Below are positions 1 through 7,365 of a DNA stretch of 34,082 nucleotides, one piece after another. How positions within the stretch are numbered: the first letter of the stretch is position 1; each line of letters begins with the position of its first letter. Both the position numbers and the translations under genes were made by a program. The notes beneath the pieces are model-generated. The model was given only the letters and a program-made list of their open reading frames with translations, ran no database searches and was not told where the DNA came from. This DNA comes from a virus (taxonomy: Duplodnaviria; Caudoviricetes): the IMG/VR virus record IMGVR_UViG_3300046705_000076, positions 1 through 34,082 of that record; one strand, 5' to 3'.

Positions 1-178
1 ACCCGCCCAGGAACGTCAGGATGGGCGGCAGAGACGCGATCAGCACGAACTGCACGATGTCCGGCAGGCCGCTGATCACCGTCGGATCCGACTGCACAGC
101 GGTCAACACCGCCAGCAACACACCCGCCACCAGCGACAGGAGCGTCGCCACGGTCACCTTCGTTTCGATCTTCTGCAT
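1..178 (-). CDS. Holin, 3' truncated by window edge (MQKIETKVTVATLLSLVAGVLLAVLTAVQSDPTVISGLPDIVQFVLIASLPPILTFLGG...)
   Basis: Translated by hand (not in ORF track). AAGGAG RBS before ATG at 178, two hydrophobic helices, actinophage holin style, downstream of the endolysin. An alternative in-frame ATG lies at 205. Confidence 0.8.
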   Translation of the reverse strand, partial: MQKIETKVTVATLLSLVAGVLLAVLTAVQSDPTVISGLPDIVQFVLIASLPPILTFLGG

Positions 179-204
179 GGGCTCTCCTTGTGCTCGGTGG
201 GCCA

Positions 205-381
205 TCACGACCCCGCTTCTTCGTGTGCTTCACGACCGTCCAGCGAATGGTGCGTGACCACCCACCCGACGGACCCGTCATCGGCTTGCACGGGCTCCGT
301 GGTGGGACCGCAGGGGCATTCCCCGCCATCGCTGTCGTGCTCGATCAGGTCGTCTACCGGGACGACGTGTACGGTGCTCAC
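205..381 (-). CDS. Small His/Cys-containing phage protein, 58 aa (MSTVHVVPVDDLIEHDSDGGECPCGPTTEPVQADDGSVGWVVTHHSLDGREAHEEAGS)
   Basis: Hand-translated, below the ORF-track cut-off. Fills the gap between endolysin and holin. The DLIEH..CxCGP..HHSLDGRE pattern resembles a small protein recurrent in actinophages. Confidence 0.75.
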   Translation of the reverse strand: MSTVHVVPVDDLIEHDSDGGECPCGPTTEPVQADDGSVGWVVTHHSLDGREAHEEAGS

Positions 382-403
382 TGCCAGGACCAGCCGTCAC
401 CGT

Positions 404-1285
404 TCACGGCTCGCCCGCCACGAGGCGGTCGGTGACCACGCTCTTCGCGGTCAGCGAGTCCACCACCAGATCCATGTGCGCACCAACGGTGCCGCCTCCA
501 CCGGCCCGCTCCGCGGTACGCTTCGCCACCGCCTCGTACAGCTGCGCGTAACCCCACCCGGTGATCTCGTCGCCGTAGCCCTCCAGGGCCTTCGACCCGA
601 CGTAAGCGCGCACCAGCCGCACCCCCTCGGCGGTCTTGGCCCCGTAGTCGCCATCCACCGCGCCCGCCACGTCGGCGAACCCCGCCGCGTGCACCAGAGC
701 CTGCACGGCCTTGACGGCCTCGCCTGAGTCGCCCTTCTTCAACCCGATCAACGGGTCACTCCCCACTGGTATGGCCCCGGGTGGGGCGGTGAATGTGCCG
801 TCCTTGACGAGCGCATAGGCGCGGTCGCCGGGGCACGAGGTTGAGATGAAGTCGCGGTGACCGAGCACGGTCCCGCTGACGCCGTGGTCGTCCATGAGCC
901 ATGCGCGCAACTGGCGGACCGCGCTGACCTGATCGGCGGTGATGGTGTCCGTGGGTCCGGTCGCCAGGGTGCACGAGTAGTGCGAGGAGTTCCCGCCGGG
1001 CTGTGCGGCCTGTGCCTTGAACAGGCCACGCCCCTCGATCACGTACCCGTGGGCGCACGCGAACCACGCGTACCCCACGTCCGCCCACCCGCGGGACGGT
1101 CCGGTGTGGAACGCGCGGGTGCGTTTCCAGTAGTCAACGCAGGCGCTATGCGGCTTGTCGTACAACCGCATGTCGGTGGAGTCGTAGTGGATCACCAGGC
1201 CCGACTGCGGATTCGCGTAAGCAGCCGGAGAGGTAGCCGACCAGCCGAGATCGGACCTGGACACGAACTTCGATGGTCGGGGCAT
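404..1285 (-). CDS. Endolysin: N-acetylmuramoyl-L-alanine amidase (Amidase_2/PGRP-like) with C-terminal peptidoglycan-binding domain
   Basis: LVIHY, GWADVGY, EGRG and GHRDFISTSCPG zinc-amidase motifs. LKKGDSGEAVKAVQ..VDGDYGAKTAEGV is a PG_binding_1 motif. AGGAG RBS. Confidence 0.93.
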   Translation of the reverse strand: MPRPSKFVSRSDLGWSATSPAAYANPQSGLVIHYDSTDMRLYDKPHSACVDYWKRTRAFHTGPSRGWADVGYAWFACAHGYVIEGRGLFKAQAAQPGGNSSHYSCTLATGPTDTITADQVSAVRQLRAWLMDDHGVSGTVLGHRDFISTSCPGDRAYALVKDGTFTAPPGAIPVGSDPLIGLKKGDSGEAVKAVQALVHAAGFADVAGAVDGDYGAKTAEGVRLVRAYVGSKALEGYGDEITGWGYAQLYEAVAKRTAERAGGGGTVGAHMDLVVDSLTAKSVVTDRLVAGEP

Positions 1286-1289
1286 CGGG

Positions 1290-1703
1290 TCACTCCTGCG
1301 CGCTGGGTGGGTCGGGCCGGTCGGTGTCGCCGGACGTGGTGAGCGTCTGCCCCTCGATGCGGTCCACCGCGTCCCTTAGTGATCCGCCCCGGTTGGGGTG
1401 CATCTCGTGGACGACGTTTTGCACCTGCGCGTCTACCTGAGACACCCGCTCACACATGCGTCCCATGTGGCCCTCCACCGCGCCCAGACGCTCCGGGATA
1501 CCCGGCTTACGAGGACGTCCAGCCTGCTCGTCGGCGGGCTCCCCGAACCACTCACGGAAGAACCGGTCCAAGATGCGGGCGGTGCGGGTCGCCCACCGTG
1601 CGACCTTCCCGATCCCGATCGCTGCGGCGGCCAGACCGCCGAGGAGGAGCACGGCCCCGCCCCACCCGTCGATGATCGGCGAGAGCTCGATGTTCGGACT
1701 CAT
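1290..1703 (-). CDS. Lysis-cassette membrane protein (single TM plus coiled coil)
   Basis: Start re-placed to ATG 1703 (AGGTG RBS). N-terminal TM helix, RFFREWFGEP..RPG and HPNRGGSLRDAVDRIE motifs, typical of genes beside actinophage endolysins. Confidence 0.75.
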   Translation of the reverse strand: MSPNIELSPIIDGWGGAVLLLGGLAAAAIGIGKVARWATRTARILDRFFREWFGEPADEQAGRPRKPGIPERLGAVEGHMGRMCERVSQVDAQVQNVVHEMHPNRGGSLRDAVDRIEGQTLTTSGDTDRPDPPSAQE

Positions 1704-1880
1704 AGGCGGCACCTGTTGTGGCTGGTCAAGTGGTCCCCTTTCCCCCGAAAAGGTTCCTTCATGACCCCAAGTATGCATCACCATCATGAATGGGCGCAGA
1801 TTGATGCGTTTCAGATATGATTCCTGGTATGGGGTGGTCCCTGAGAGGGGGCGCTTCGGCACTGGGGGTCGCCGAAGCCA

Positions 1881-1912
1881 CGAAGGCCCGCACCGGTTGG
1901 TGCGGGCCTTCG
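1881..1912. terminator. Intrinsic terminator-like hairpin
   Basis: Perfect 14-bp stem CGAAGGCCCGCACC-ggtt-GGTGCGGGCCTTCG just downstream of the minus-strand gene ending at 1936. A second hairpin GCTTCGGC..GCCGAAGC lies at 1853-1878. Confidence 0.75.
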
Positions 1913-1935
1913 ACGTGGACGGGATCAGCGTGCGG

Positions 1936-2430
1936 TCACGGAGTCGATCCCTGCCGGGCGAGGGTGGCGTTCGCGCACGGGCCGCACACCGGGATCTCCA
2001 CGCGCCCCAACGACTCGGACTCGCGCACCAGGGTGCGGGTCGCCTCCCCTGCGCACACCCCGAGGTTGCCGTGCGCGACCTGGCACAGGCAGTTGCACGA
2101 CTGGACCCGCGCCAGCTCCTCGCGCTCACGCTTCCACTCTGCGAGCTGCGCCTGCCCCTCCTCCGTCTGCGACCACTCCAGCACCGGAGCCCACGCCTCC
2201 TTGATGGTCGCCCACCGGGACCGGGCCTGTTCGAGGATCGGTGCGAACCCGGTCTTGATCGCGTCCATGCGCTCGCGGGCGGGCGCCATCACGTCGTCGT
2301 AGTGCGGCGACTCCTTGCCGTGGCGGTGCACGTCGTTGACCGCGTCCAGGGCGGTATGACGGTCCACCTGGTGGCGTTCGGCGTACTCGTTGGCGAGCCA
2401 GATGCGGTGCTGGATGCTCAGGTGCTTCAC
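1936..2430 (-). CDS. Hypothetical protein with C-terminal Cys-rich (putative zinc-binding) domain
   Basis: GTG at 2430 overlaps the HNH stop (GTGA) and has a GGAGG RBS. C-terminal CNCLC..H..C..CGPC. Confidence 0.7.
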   Translation of the reverse strand: MKHLSIQHRIWLANEYAERHQVDRHTALDAVNDVHRHGKESPHYDDVMAPARERMDAIKTGFAPILEQARSRWATIKEAWAPVLEWSQTEEGQAQLAEWKREREELARVQSCNCLCQVAHGNLGVCAGEATRTLVRESESLGRVEIPVCGPCANATLARQGSTP

Positions 2431-2930
2431 GTGCCTGTCCTCCATGCGGGGTTGTAGTTGGGGCGGTATCGGTTGCATGCCTTGCAGTACCGACGACCTT
2501 GGTAGAGGCGCGTATTCGCCTCGTCGTAAGGGTGCCCCTGCGGACAATGAGTCTTCCGTTTGTTGTGGTCTGACCCATGAGCCACACGGTCGTAGTTGTT
2601 CTCAGACCGAGTTCCGTAGGCGAGGTTTTCCAGTCGTGCGTTCAACGGATCGCCGTCGAGGTGTCGAACCTCTGTACCTTCCGGTCGGTCCTCCAGGAAC
2701 GCAGAAGCTACCAGTCGATGCACTTCGTGGGTGGACTGAACGCCGCCCATCACGAGAGTTATCGCCGGATATCCGCGCTTGCTGATCTTCTGCTTAAGAA
2801 CTCCGCCCTTCGTTCGCGGGCGTGGGATGCTGCGTATGCGGCCGAGCGACGATACTTCGTAGCACTGTCCGTAACCGGGGACGCTGCGCCACTCTTCCAC
2901 GCGGCCGTTCAGGGACTCCACGGTCGTCAC
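2427..2930 (-). CDS. NUMOD4-HNH homing endonuclease
   Basis: EEWRSVPGY..YEVSSLGRIRS (NUMOD4); VHRLVASAF..RHLDGDPLNARLENLAYGTRSEN (HNH_3); C-terminal KTHCPQGHPY..CKAC zinc domain. Confidence 0.92.
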   Translation of the reverse strand: MTTVESLNGRVEEWRSVPGYGQCYEVSSLGRIRSIPRPRTKGGVLKQKISKRGYPAITLVMGGVQSTHEVHRLVASAFLEDRPEGTEVRHLDGDPLNARLENLAYGTRSENNYDRVAHGSDHNKRKTHCPQGHPYDEANTRLYQGRRYCKACNRYRPNYNPAWRTGT

Positions 2931-3232
2931 GGCTGCACCTCGTACACCTGGCCGACCGTGCCGTCAGCGCGAGTTTCCTGCCGATCGGCCAGTACAGCAG
3001 GGTGGCCCATGACGCTCGCTTTCTGCGAGTCGAAGCCGTAGTCCTGGGTGAGCTGTGCGACGTCCACCCACATGCCGTCGAACTCGGCGGGCACGGCATC
3101 CTCGGGCAGGTCCGGGGCGAACCGGATCACCACATAGTCCGGGGTGTCCTGAGCCGTGCTGAACACCCCACACCCGTCACGGTGCCACGGCCCTCCGCCG
3201 TCACACGTACATCCCCTCGTCGGTGCGCTCAT
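2927..3232 (-). CDS. Hypothetical protein
   Basis: ATGA/GTGA overlaps with both neighbours. N-terminal CTC..H..C motif. Confidence 0.65.
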   Translation of the reverse strand: MSAPTRGCTCDGGGPWHRDGCGVFSTAQDTPDYVVIRFAPDLPEDAVPAEFDGMWVDVAQLTQDYGFDSQKASVMGHPAVLADRQETRADGTVGQVYEVQP

Positions 3233-3477
3233 GATCCGGTCTCCTTCTTCTTCGCGGCGCGGCGGGCGGATACCTGCATCCTGCGCACGTACTCGCGGGT
3301 CTTCTCCACCTCTGCTGCGACGTCTTCCTGCATGACGTACCGGTTGTGGACGATCTCGTTGACGATGGCCCCGAAGTTGTCGCGGGCCTCTTGCCGGATT
3401 CGCTTGGCTTCGGCGTCAGCTTCTTCGATGGCGTCGTGGGCGGCTTTGGCTTTGGCGAGGGCGGTCTCTCTGTCCAT
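3229..3477 (-). CDS. Small HTH DNA-binding protein, probably leaderless
   Basis: MDRETALAKA.. helix followed by MQEDVAAEVEKTREYVRRMQ HTH-like segment. ATG lies 6 nt after a -10-like hexamer. Confidence 0.7.
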   Translation of the reverse strand: MDRETALAKAKAAHDAIEEADAEAKRIRQEARDNFGAIVNEIVHNRYVMQEDVAAEVEKTREYVRRMQVSARRAAKKKETGS

Positions 3478-3483
3478 GCACTC

Positions 3484-3512
3484 ATGATGCCACAGGATTG
3501 TTGGCCTATCTA
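3484..3512 (-). promoter_or_regulatory. Leftward promoter for the leaderless HTH operon
   Basis: Minus strand TAGATA-N17-CATCAT with TGn extension, 6 nt before ATG 3477. No SD sequence is present. Confidence 0.5.
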
Positions 3513-3533
3513 GAAAAAGTTGCCGCCTACTAC

Positions 3534-3563
3534 TTGCATGCCTACAACACGTTGGCATAGTAT
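3534..3563 (+). promoter_or_regulatory. Rightward housekeeping-sigma (HrdB/SigA-like) promoter
   Basis: TTGCAT-N18-TAGTAT in an AT-rich gap, 30 nt upstream of the ATG at 3594, which has an AAGGAG RBS. Confidence 0.7.
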
Positions 3564-3593
3564 GGAGACATCAGCACGACGAAGGAGAACCAC

Positions 3594-3947
3594 ATGAGCC
3601 GCCCCACCCCCGCCCAGTCCCGCACCAACCGGCTCGTCCGCCAGCTCAACCGCCGCGCCCTGGTCGCCAAGCGCACCGCCGCCAAGGCCGCGCACCGCGC
3701 CGAGCGCCACACCATCGCCTCCCACCTCCGCACCATGGGTGTCGACGACACCACCGCCACCGGCATGGCCGCCACGCTCCGCAAGAAGGTCACCAAGGGC
3801 CGCAAGGGCTTCGCGCTCAAGGACGGCCACCGCCGCCCCTGCACCCGCTACACCCGCACCCAGGTACTGGCCGCCCTCACCACCTACAAGCCGCGCAAGG
3901 CCGACTACAAGGCCGCCCGCGCCCACCTGCTCGACCTCGCCGCCTGA
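3594..3947 (+). CDS. Highly basic hypothetical protein (possible nucleic-acid binding)
   Basis: AAGGAG RBS, strong C-ending codon bias, Arg/Lys rich, ends LDLAA. Confidence 0.85.
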   Translation: MSRPTPAQSRTNRLVRQLNRRALVAKRTAAKAAHRAERHTIASHLRTMGVDDTTATGMAATLRKKVTKGRKGFALKDGHRRPCTRYTRTQVLAALTTYKPRKADYKAARAHLLDLAA

Positions 3948-3973
3948 CCACCCACACGCACCAAGGAGACACC

Positions 3974-4273
3974 GTGAACCTCAACCGCCACCACATCGAC
4001 CGCGTCACCGACTACCTCGGCACCCTGCCCGAAAGGAACGACTCGGGGATGCCCTGGTTCAACCCCAACAGCGACTACAGCCGCCTGCTGGAAGCGCTGT
4101 GCCTGGCCGCGAACCTGCACGACCCGGACCTGATCACCGCGCTGACCAAGACCCGGACGGTCACCGCCTCCGCTGACGACCTCGACCGCATCGCCGGGCG
4201 TGACCGGGTCGACGGACCCACCGCCCAGTCGATGCGCCGCGTCGCCCGGATGCTCCGCGCCTACACCGCCTAA
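3974..4273 (+). CDS. Hypothetical protein
   Basis: AAGGAG RBS before GTG; high GC3. Confidence 0.8.
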   Translation: MNLNRHHIDRVTDYLGTLPERNDSGMPWFNPNSDYSRLLEALCLAANLHDPDLITALTKTRTVTASADDLDRIAGRDRVDGPTAQSMRRVARMLRAYTA

Positions 4274-4282
4274 GGAGACCCG

Positions 4283-4501
4283 ATGACCCCCATCACCGCA
4301 CCCCCAACCCTGCGCGTCAGCCTCTTCACCGTCATCCCCGCCGCCGCCTGGACCACCGATGACGGCTACGCCGTTGCCCGGGTGGACGCCGGGGGGATGC
4401 GTGGCTACTGGGTGCGAGACAAGACCGACCGGTGGTCGCTGCACAACACCCTCGCTGAGGTCGACGAAGACCTCGCGTGGCTTCGCGCCAACAACCGATA
4501 G
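4283..4501 (+). CDS. Hypothetical protein
   Basis: TAAGGAG RBS overlapping the previous stop. Confidence 0.75.
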   Translation: MTPITAPPTLRVSLFTVIPAAAWTTDDGYAVARVDAGGMRGYWVRDKTDRWSLHNTLAEVDEDLAWLRANNR

Positions 4502-4509
4502 GAGGCACC

Positions 4510-4692
4510 GTGACCACGATCGAGGACCGCTACTACACGCCGCCCGACCCCGACACCGAAAAGAGGTGCGTCCACACCAGCGACGGCGAGGAATGCGGGG
4601 AGCCCACCGACGTCGGCCCGCTGTGCGACGCACACCCCGCCCAGACCCCCGAGGAGTACGACGCCTACGCGCGGCAGGCACAGGCCGCATGA
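4510..4692 (+). CDS. Small Cys/His protein (putative zinc finger)
   Basis: AGGAGG RBS before GTG 4510; RCVHTSDGEECG..LCDAH. Confidence 0.7.
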   Translation: MTTIEDRYYTPPDPDTEKRCVHTSDGEECGEPTDVGPLCDAHPAQTPEEYDAYARQAQAA

Positions 4693-4695
4693 GAC

Positions 4696-4728
4696 GGCCC
4701 GGCAGGAGGGGGCAACCTCCGCCGGGCC
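4696..4728 (+). promoter_or_regulatory. Intergenic stem-loop (mRNA stability element or partial terminator)
   Basis: GGCCCGGC-a-GGAGG-gggcaa-CCTCC-GCCGGGCC; no U-tract. Confidence 0.5.
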
Positions 4729-4759
4729 TACGGAACCCAACCCTGAGAGAGAAGGAACC

Positions 4760-5152
4760 ATGTCCAACGCTACCGTCCTCGCGCCGCCCCGCCGCGGCCT
4801 GCCCGAGGTGAACGCCGCCCTCGACCTGGTCGTCAGCGAGACCGAGCACCTCGCCCCCGGTGAGCTCGCCGAACTCCTCGCCATCGACTCGGTGGTGGGC
4901 TACCCCGACACCCCGGAAACCCCGTCCGCCGGACCCGTCGGCCGGTGGATCATCGGCCAACTCCAGTCCATGGGCCACCCCGCCGTCGCGTACTCGTGGG
5001 TCGGAACCCAGCTCGCCGTGTACGACGCCGCTCTGCGCCTGATCGGCGAAGTGTGCACCCAAGAGGGATCGACGCTGTGGGACCTCGACTGCGAGGTCAA
5101 CGACCTGGAGCGCCCCGAACTCACTGTGCAGGGCGAGGGGGACCCCCGATGA
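4760..5152 (+). CDS. Hypothetical protein
   Basis: GAAGGA RBS, high GC3, ATGA-coupled to the next gene. Confidence 0.75.
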   Translation: MSNATVLAPPRRGLPEVNAALDLVVSETEHLAPGELAELLAIDSVVGYPDTPETPSAGPVGRWIIGQLQSMGHPAVAYSWVGTQLAVYDAALRLIGEVCTQEGSTLWDLDCEVNDLERPELTVQGEGDPR

Positions 5153-5265
5153 TCCGCCACATCCTCAACTTCCTCATCATGTGCGAGTGGTGCTACAAGC
5201 AGTTCGACTCGCACAACGGACGCTGCCCGACCTGCAAGAGGGAGGTGTACACCCCGCGCGCCTGA
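5149..5265 (+). CDS. 38-aa CxxC-CxxC zinc-ribbon microprotein (MIRHILNFLIMCEWCYKQFDSHNGRCPTCKREVYTPRA)
   Basis: ATGA overlap, GAGGGGG RBS, two CxxC pairs, followed directly by a terminator. Confidence 0.65.
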   Translation: MIRHILNFLIMCEWCYKQFDSHNGRCPTCKREVYTPRA

Positions 5266-5269
5266 CCTC

Positions 5270-5319
5270 GCACACACGACAGCGCCCCGGACCACACGGC
5301 CCGGGGCGTTTCGTGTGCG
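5270..5319. terminator. Bidirectional terminator between convergent genes
   Basis: CGCCCCGG..CCGGGGCG stem followed by TTT, extended by CACACGA/TCGTGTG, between stops at 5265 (+) and 5320 (-). Confidence 0.75.
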
Positions 5320-5679
5320 CTAACCGCCGCACTTGTCCCGCACGAAATCCTCCGCGACCTCCCGAGACACCTCCAACTCCTCACCCTCAAGCGCCGCCCG
5401 CTCCTGAAACACCTCCACCAGCATCGTCACCACCAGGTCCTCACTGGTCTCCCTTAGCCCACACAACTCCAGCCGGTCATCCCGGTCCAGGTCCTCCCAC
5501 CGCTGCTCCATGTCCGCGCGGGCACGCGCGTCGTCGCTGCCAGAGGAAAGAACGAACGCGAGGACAACCGACAGGACAACGATCACACCGACGACGACGC
5601 CGATCGCGACGATGTGCCACGCCTGCAAACCACGCCTAGGAGGCTGGGGCGGGTAAGGGGTGTTCGGGGGATAAGCCAT
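5320..5679 (-). CDS. Membrane protein: Pro-rich N-terminus, single TM, acidic C-terminal domain
   Basis: MAYPPNTPYPPQPPRRGL followed by a long hydrophobic stretch; GGAG RBS before ATG 5679. Confidence 0.75.
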   Translation of the reverse strand: MAYPPNTPYPPQPPRRGLQAWHIVAIGVVVGVIVVLSVVLAFVLSSGSDDARARADMEQRWEDLDRDDRLELCGLRETSEDLVVTMLVEVFQERAALEGEELEVSREVAEDFVRDKCGG

Positions 5680-5742
5680 CGAGGCTCCAATCCGTTCGGG
5701 GGACATCGACGTTAGACGCCCCACATACGGCTACGGTTGAGT

Positions 5743-6063
5743 ATGCACATCATCGGCTTCCTGAACGCCCGCTACGACGAGGAAGCGCGGGAGGCACGGG
5801 CTCTCGACCACGGGCACTGGAACGCGGTTGCGGAGAGTGGGGCTCGGGATCAGACAACCGAGAATTTCCTCCTCCGCCACGACCCCGCCCGCGTGCTGCG
5901 GGAGATCGCGGCCAAGCGGGCGCTCGTAGAGCAGTGGGCGGACCGGTACGACGACAACCCGTACTCGGCGTCGCACGAGATCGCGGATGCACGCGATGTG
6001 CTGCACACGCTCGCATCCGTGTACACCAACCACCCCGATTACCAGCAGAAGTGGGCGCCGTGA
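5743..6063 (+). CDS. DUF6221-like actinophage protein
   Basis: FLNARYDEE..RHDPARVLREIAAKRALV..LASVYTNHPDYQQKW matches the DUF6221 pattern. Probably leaderless (TACGGT 5 nt before ATG). Confidence 0.8.
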   Translation: MHIIGFLNARYDEEAREARALDHGHWNAVAESGARDQTTENFLLRHDPARVLREIAAKRALVEQWADRYDDNPYSASHEIADARDVLHTLASVYTNHPDYQQKWAP

Positions 6064-6350
6064 GTGGCCACGAACTCCGCGCCCGCACCCTCGTCGCCAA
6101 AGACGACCCGCGAATCCGCCGCGCGCTCTGGGGTATCCCACCCAAGGAGCGGCCCGTGTCCCCTGACGCCGCGTACTGGCAGGCCGCCCTAGTCGTCGCC
6201 CACCGCGACGCCCGCGAAGAGATAGCCCGCAAGCAAAGCCCCGGCTGCTACCGGGCCGGGTACGCGCTTGGGATCCTCCTCGTGCTCTCCACCATCGCAG
6301 GAGCCGTGTGGACGATCGTGTGGCTATGGAGCCTCACCCCCTGGGGTTAG
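6060..6350 (+). CDS. Small membrane protein (C-terminal TM)
   Basis: GTGA overlap with the DUF6221-like gene; hydrophobic C-terminus. Confidence 0.6.
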   Translation: MSGHELRARTLVAKDDPRIRRALWGIPPKERPVSPDAAYWQAALVVAHRDAREEIARKQSPGCYRAGYALGILLVLSTIAGAVWTIVWLWSLTPWG

Positions 6351-7363
6351 CCCCGAACCCGGGGCCGGTGCTGCAACACCCGCGGATCCACACGCCCCAC
6401 CTGCGGAACATCACCCGCGTCCAACCCGGCGAGGAACTCCGCCCACCGCTTCCCGCCAACCCCACGCAACTCCGGCGGGATGATCGTCTCGGCGAACTCC
6501 CGCTCCCGCCTACCGATCCCCTCGCCCGCAGCGCGCCGCACCATGTCGGCCAGCTCGCCGGGAGCATCCGCTTGCAACCCGAGCCGTTGCTGGTACACGT
6601 GTGCCTCCAGCGTCCGTCCGCCGTCACGGGACTCGTTGCGCTCCCGGGTGAGCCACGCAGGCATCACCACGGGGATGCCCAGACACCAGGATTCGTAGAT
6701 CGTGGAGCCGCCGTCAGCGATCACCACGTCAGCGTTCATGTACTGGCCGAAGGTGGCCTTGCGGCCAGGAGCGTGCCGCGGGTGCGGTGCCAACACCACG
6801 TCGAACACCTCCGGATCCAGCAGCGCCTGGACTTCATCGCGTCGCCACCACGACGTCGCACCCGCGCCCGGCGCGTTCGGATTGCCCTCCGGCCAGCGCT
6901 CCGAGCCGCCCCCATGGGTGGGCGCGTACACCACACGGATCCGCTCATCGCGCTCCGGCGCCGCCACCTCACCGTTGAACAGCGGATCCAACTTCGGATA
7001 CCCGGCGATGTGCAGCTTGCGCTCCGGGAACCGGCCCCGGCGCAGCACGTCGTAGAACGCCGGCCCGGGTAGGAGCACATGCCGGTGGAACCGGTAGTGC
7101 TGCCGGTACGACTTGTCCGCCAACCCGTGGGACACCCCGACGGATTCGCGGTCGAACCGCTGCGATCCCCGCACATAGGCGCGCCGGTTGTTCGGGTAGA
7201 CGTTCACCGCACCATGCGCAGGCTGGCGACCCACCGTGTACGCGACACCCATGCTGTCGAGAGCCCGCCATACCGGACGAAGGTATACATCGAGCTGTCC
7301 TCCGACGATCATCCGGTCCGTGGTCTCGTCCCACGAGGTCGAGTTCATGCAGAAGTGGATCAC
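6347..7363 (-). CDS. CDP-glycerol glycerophosphotransferase (TagF/TagB-like, GT-B fold) family protein
   Basis: SHG, AGYPKLDPLF, VVYAPTHGGG, HPRH and ADVVIADGGSTIYE match the Glyphos_transf family motifs. GTG at 7363 lies 2 nt after the upstream stop. Confidence 0.75.
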   Translation of the reverse strand: MIHFCMNSTSWDETTDRMIVGGQLDVYLRPVWRALDSMGVAYTVGRQPAHGAVNVYPNNRRAYVRGSQRFDRESVGVSHGLADKSYRQHYRFHRHVLLPGPAFYDVLRRGRFPERKLHIAGYPKLDPLFNGEVAAPERDERIRVVYAPTHGGGSERWPEGNPNAPGAGATSWWRRDEVQALLDPEVFDVVLAPHPRHAPGRKATFGQYMNADVVIADGGSTIYESWCLGIPVVMPAWLTRERNESRDGGRTLEAHVYQQRLGLQADAPGELADMVRRAAGEGIGRREREFAETIIPPELRGVGGKRWAEFLAGLDAGDVPQVGRVDPRVLQHRPRVRG

Positions 7364-7365
7364 GC

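Noticed and set aside
1704-2129. N-terminal extension of ORF 1290..2129 (also track starts at 7564, 8816, 22553, 24225, 24919, 28539 and 30417)
   Set aside because: They overlap neighbouring genes or cross hairpins. Downstream starts have SD sequences or stop-start coupling.
2427-2930. HNH gene as part of a group I intron
   Set aside because: It is stop-start coupled to intact neighbours on both sides, leaving no room for intron core structure; it appears free-standing.
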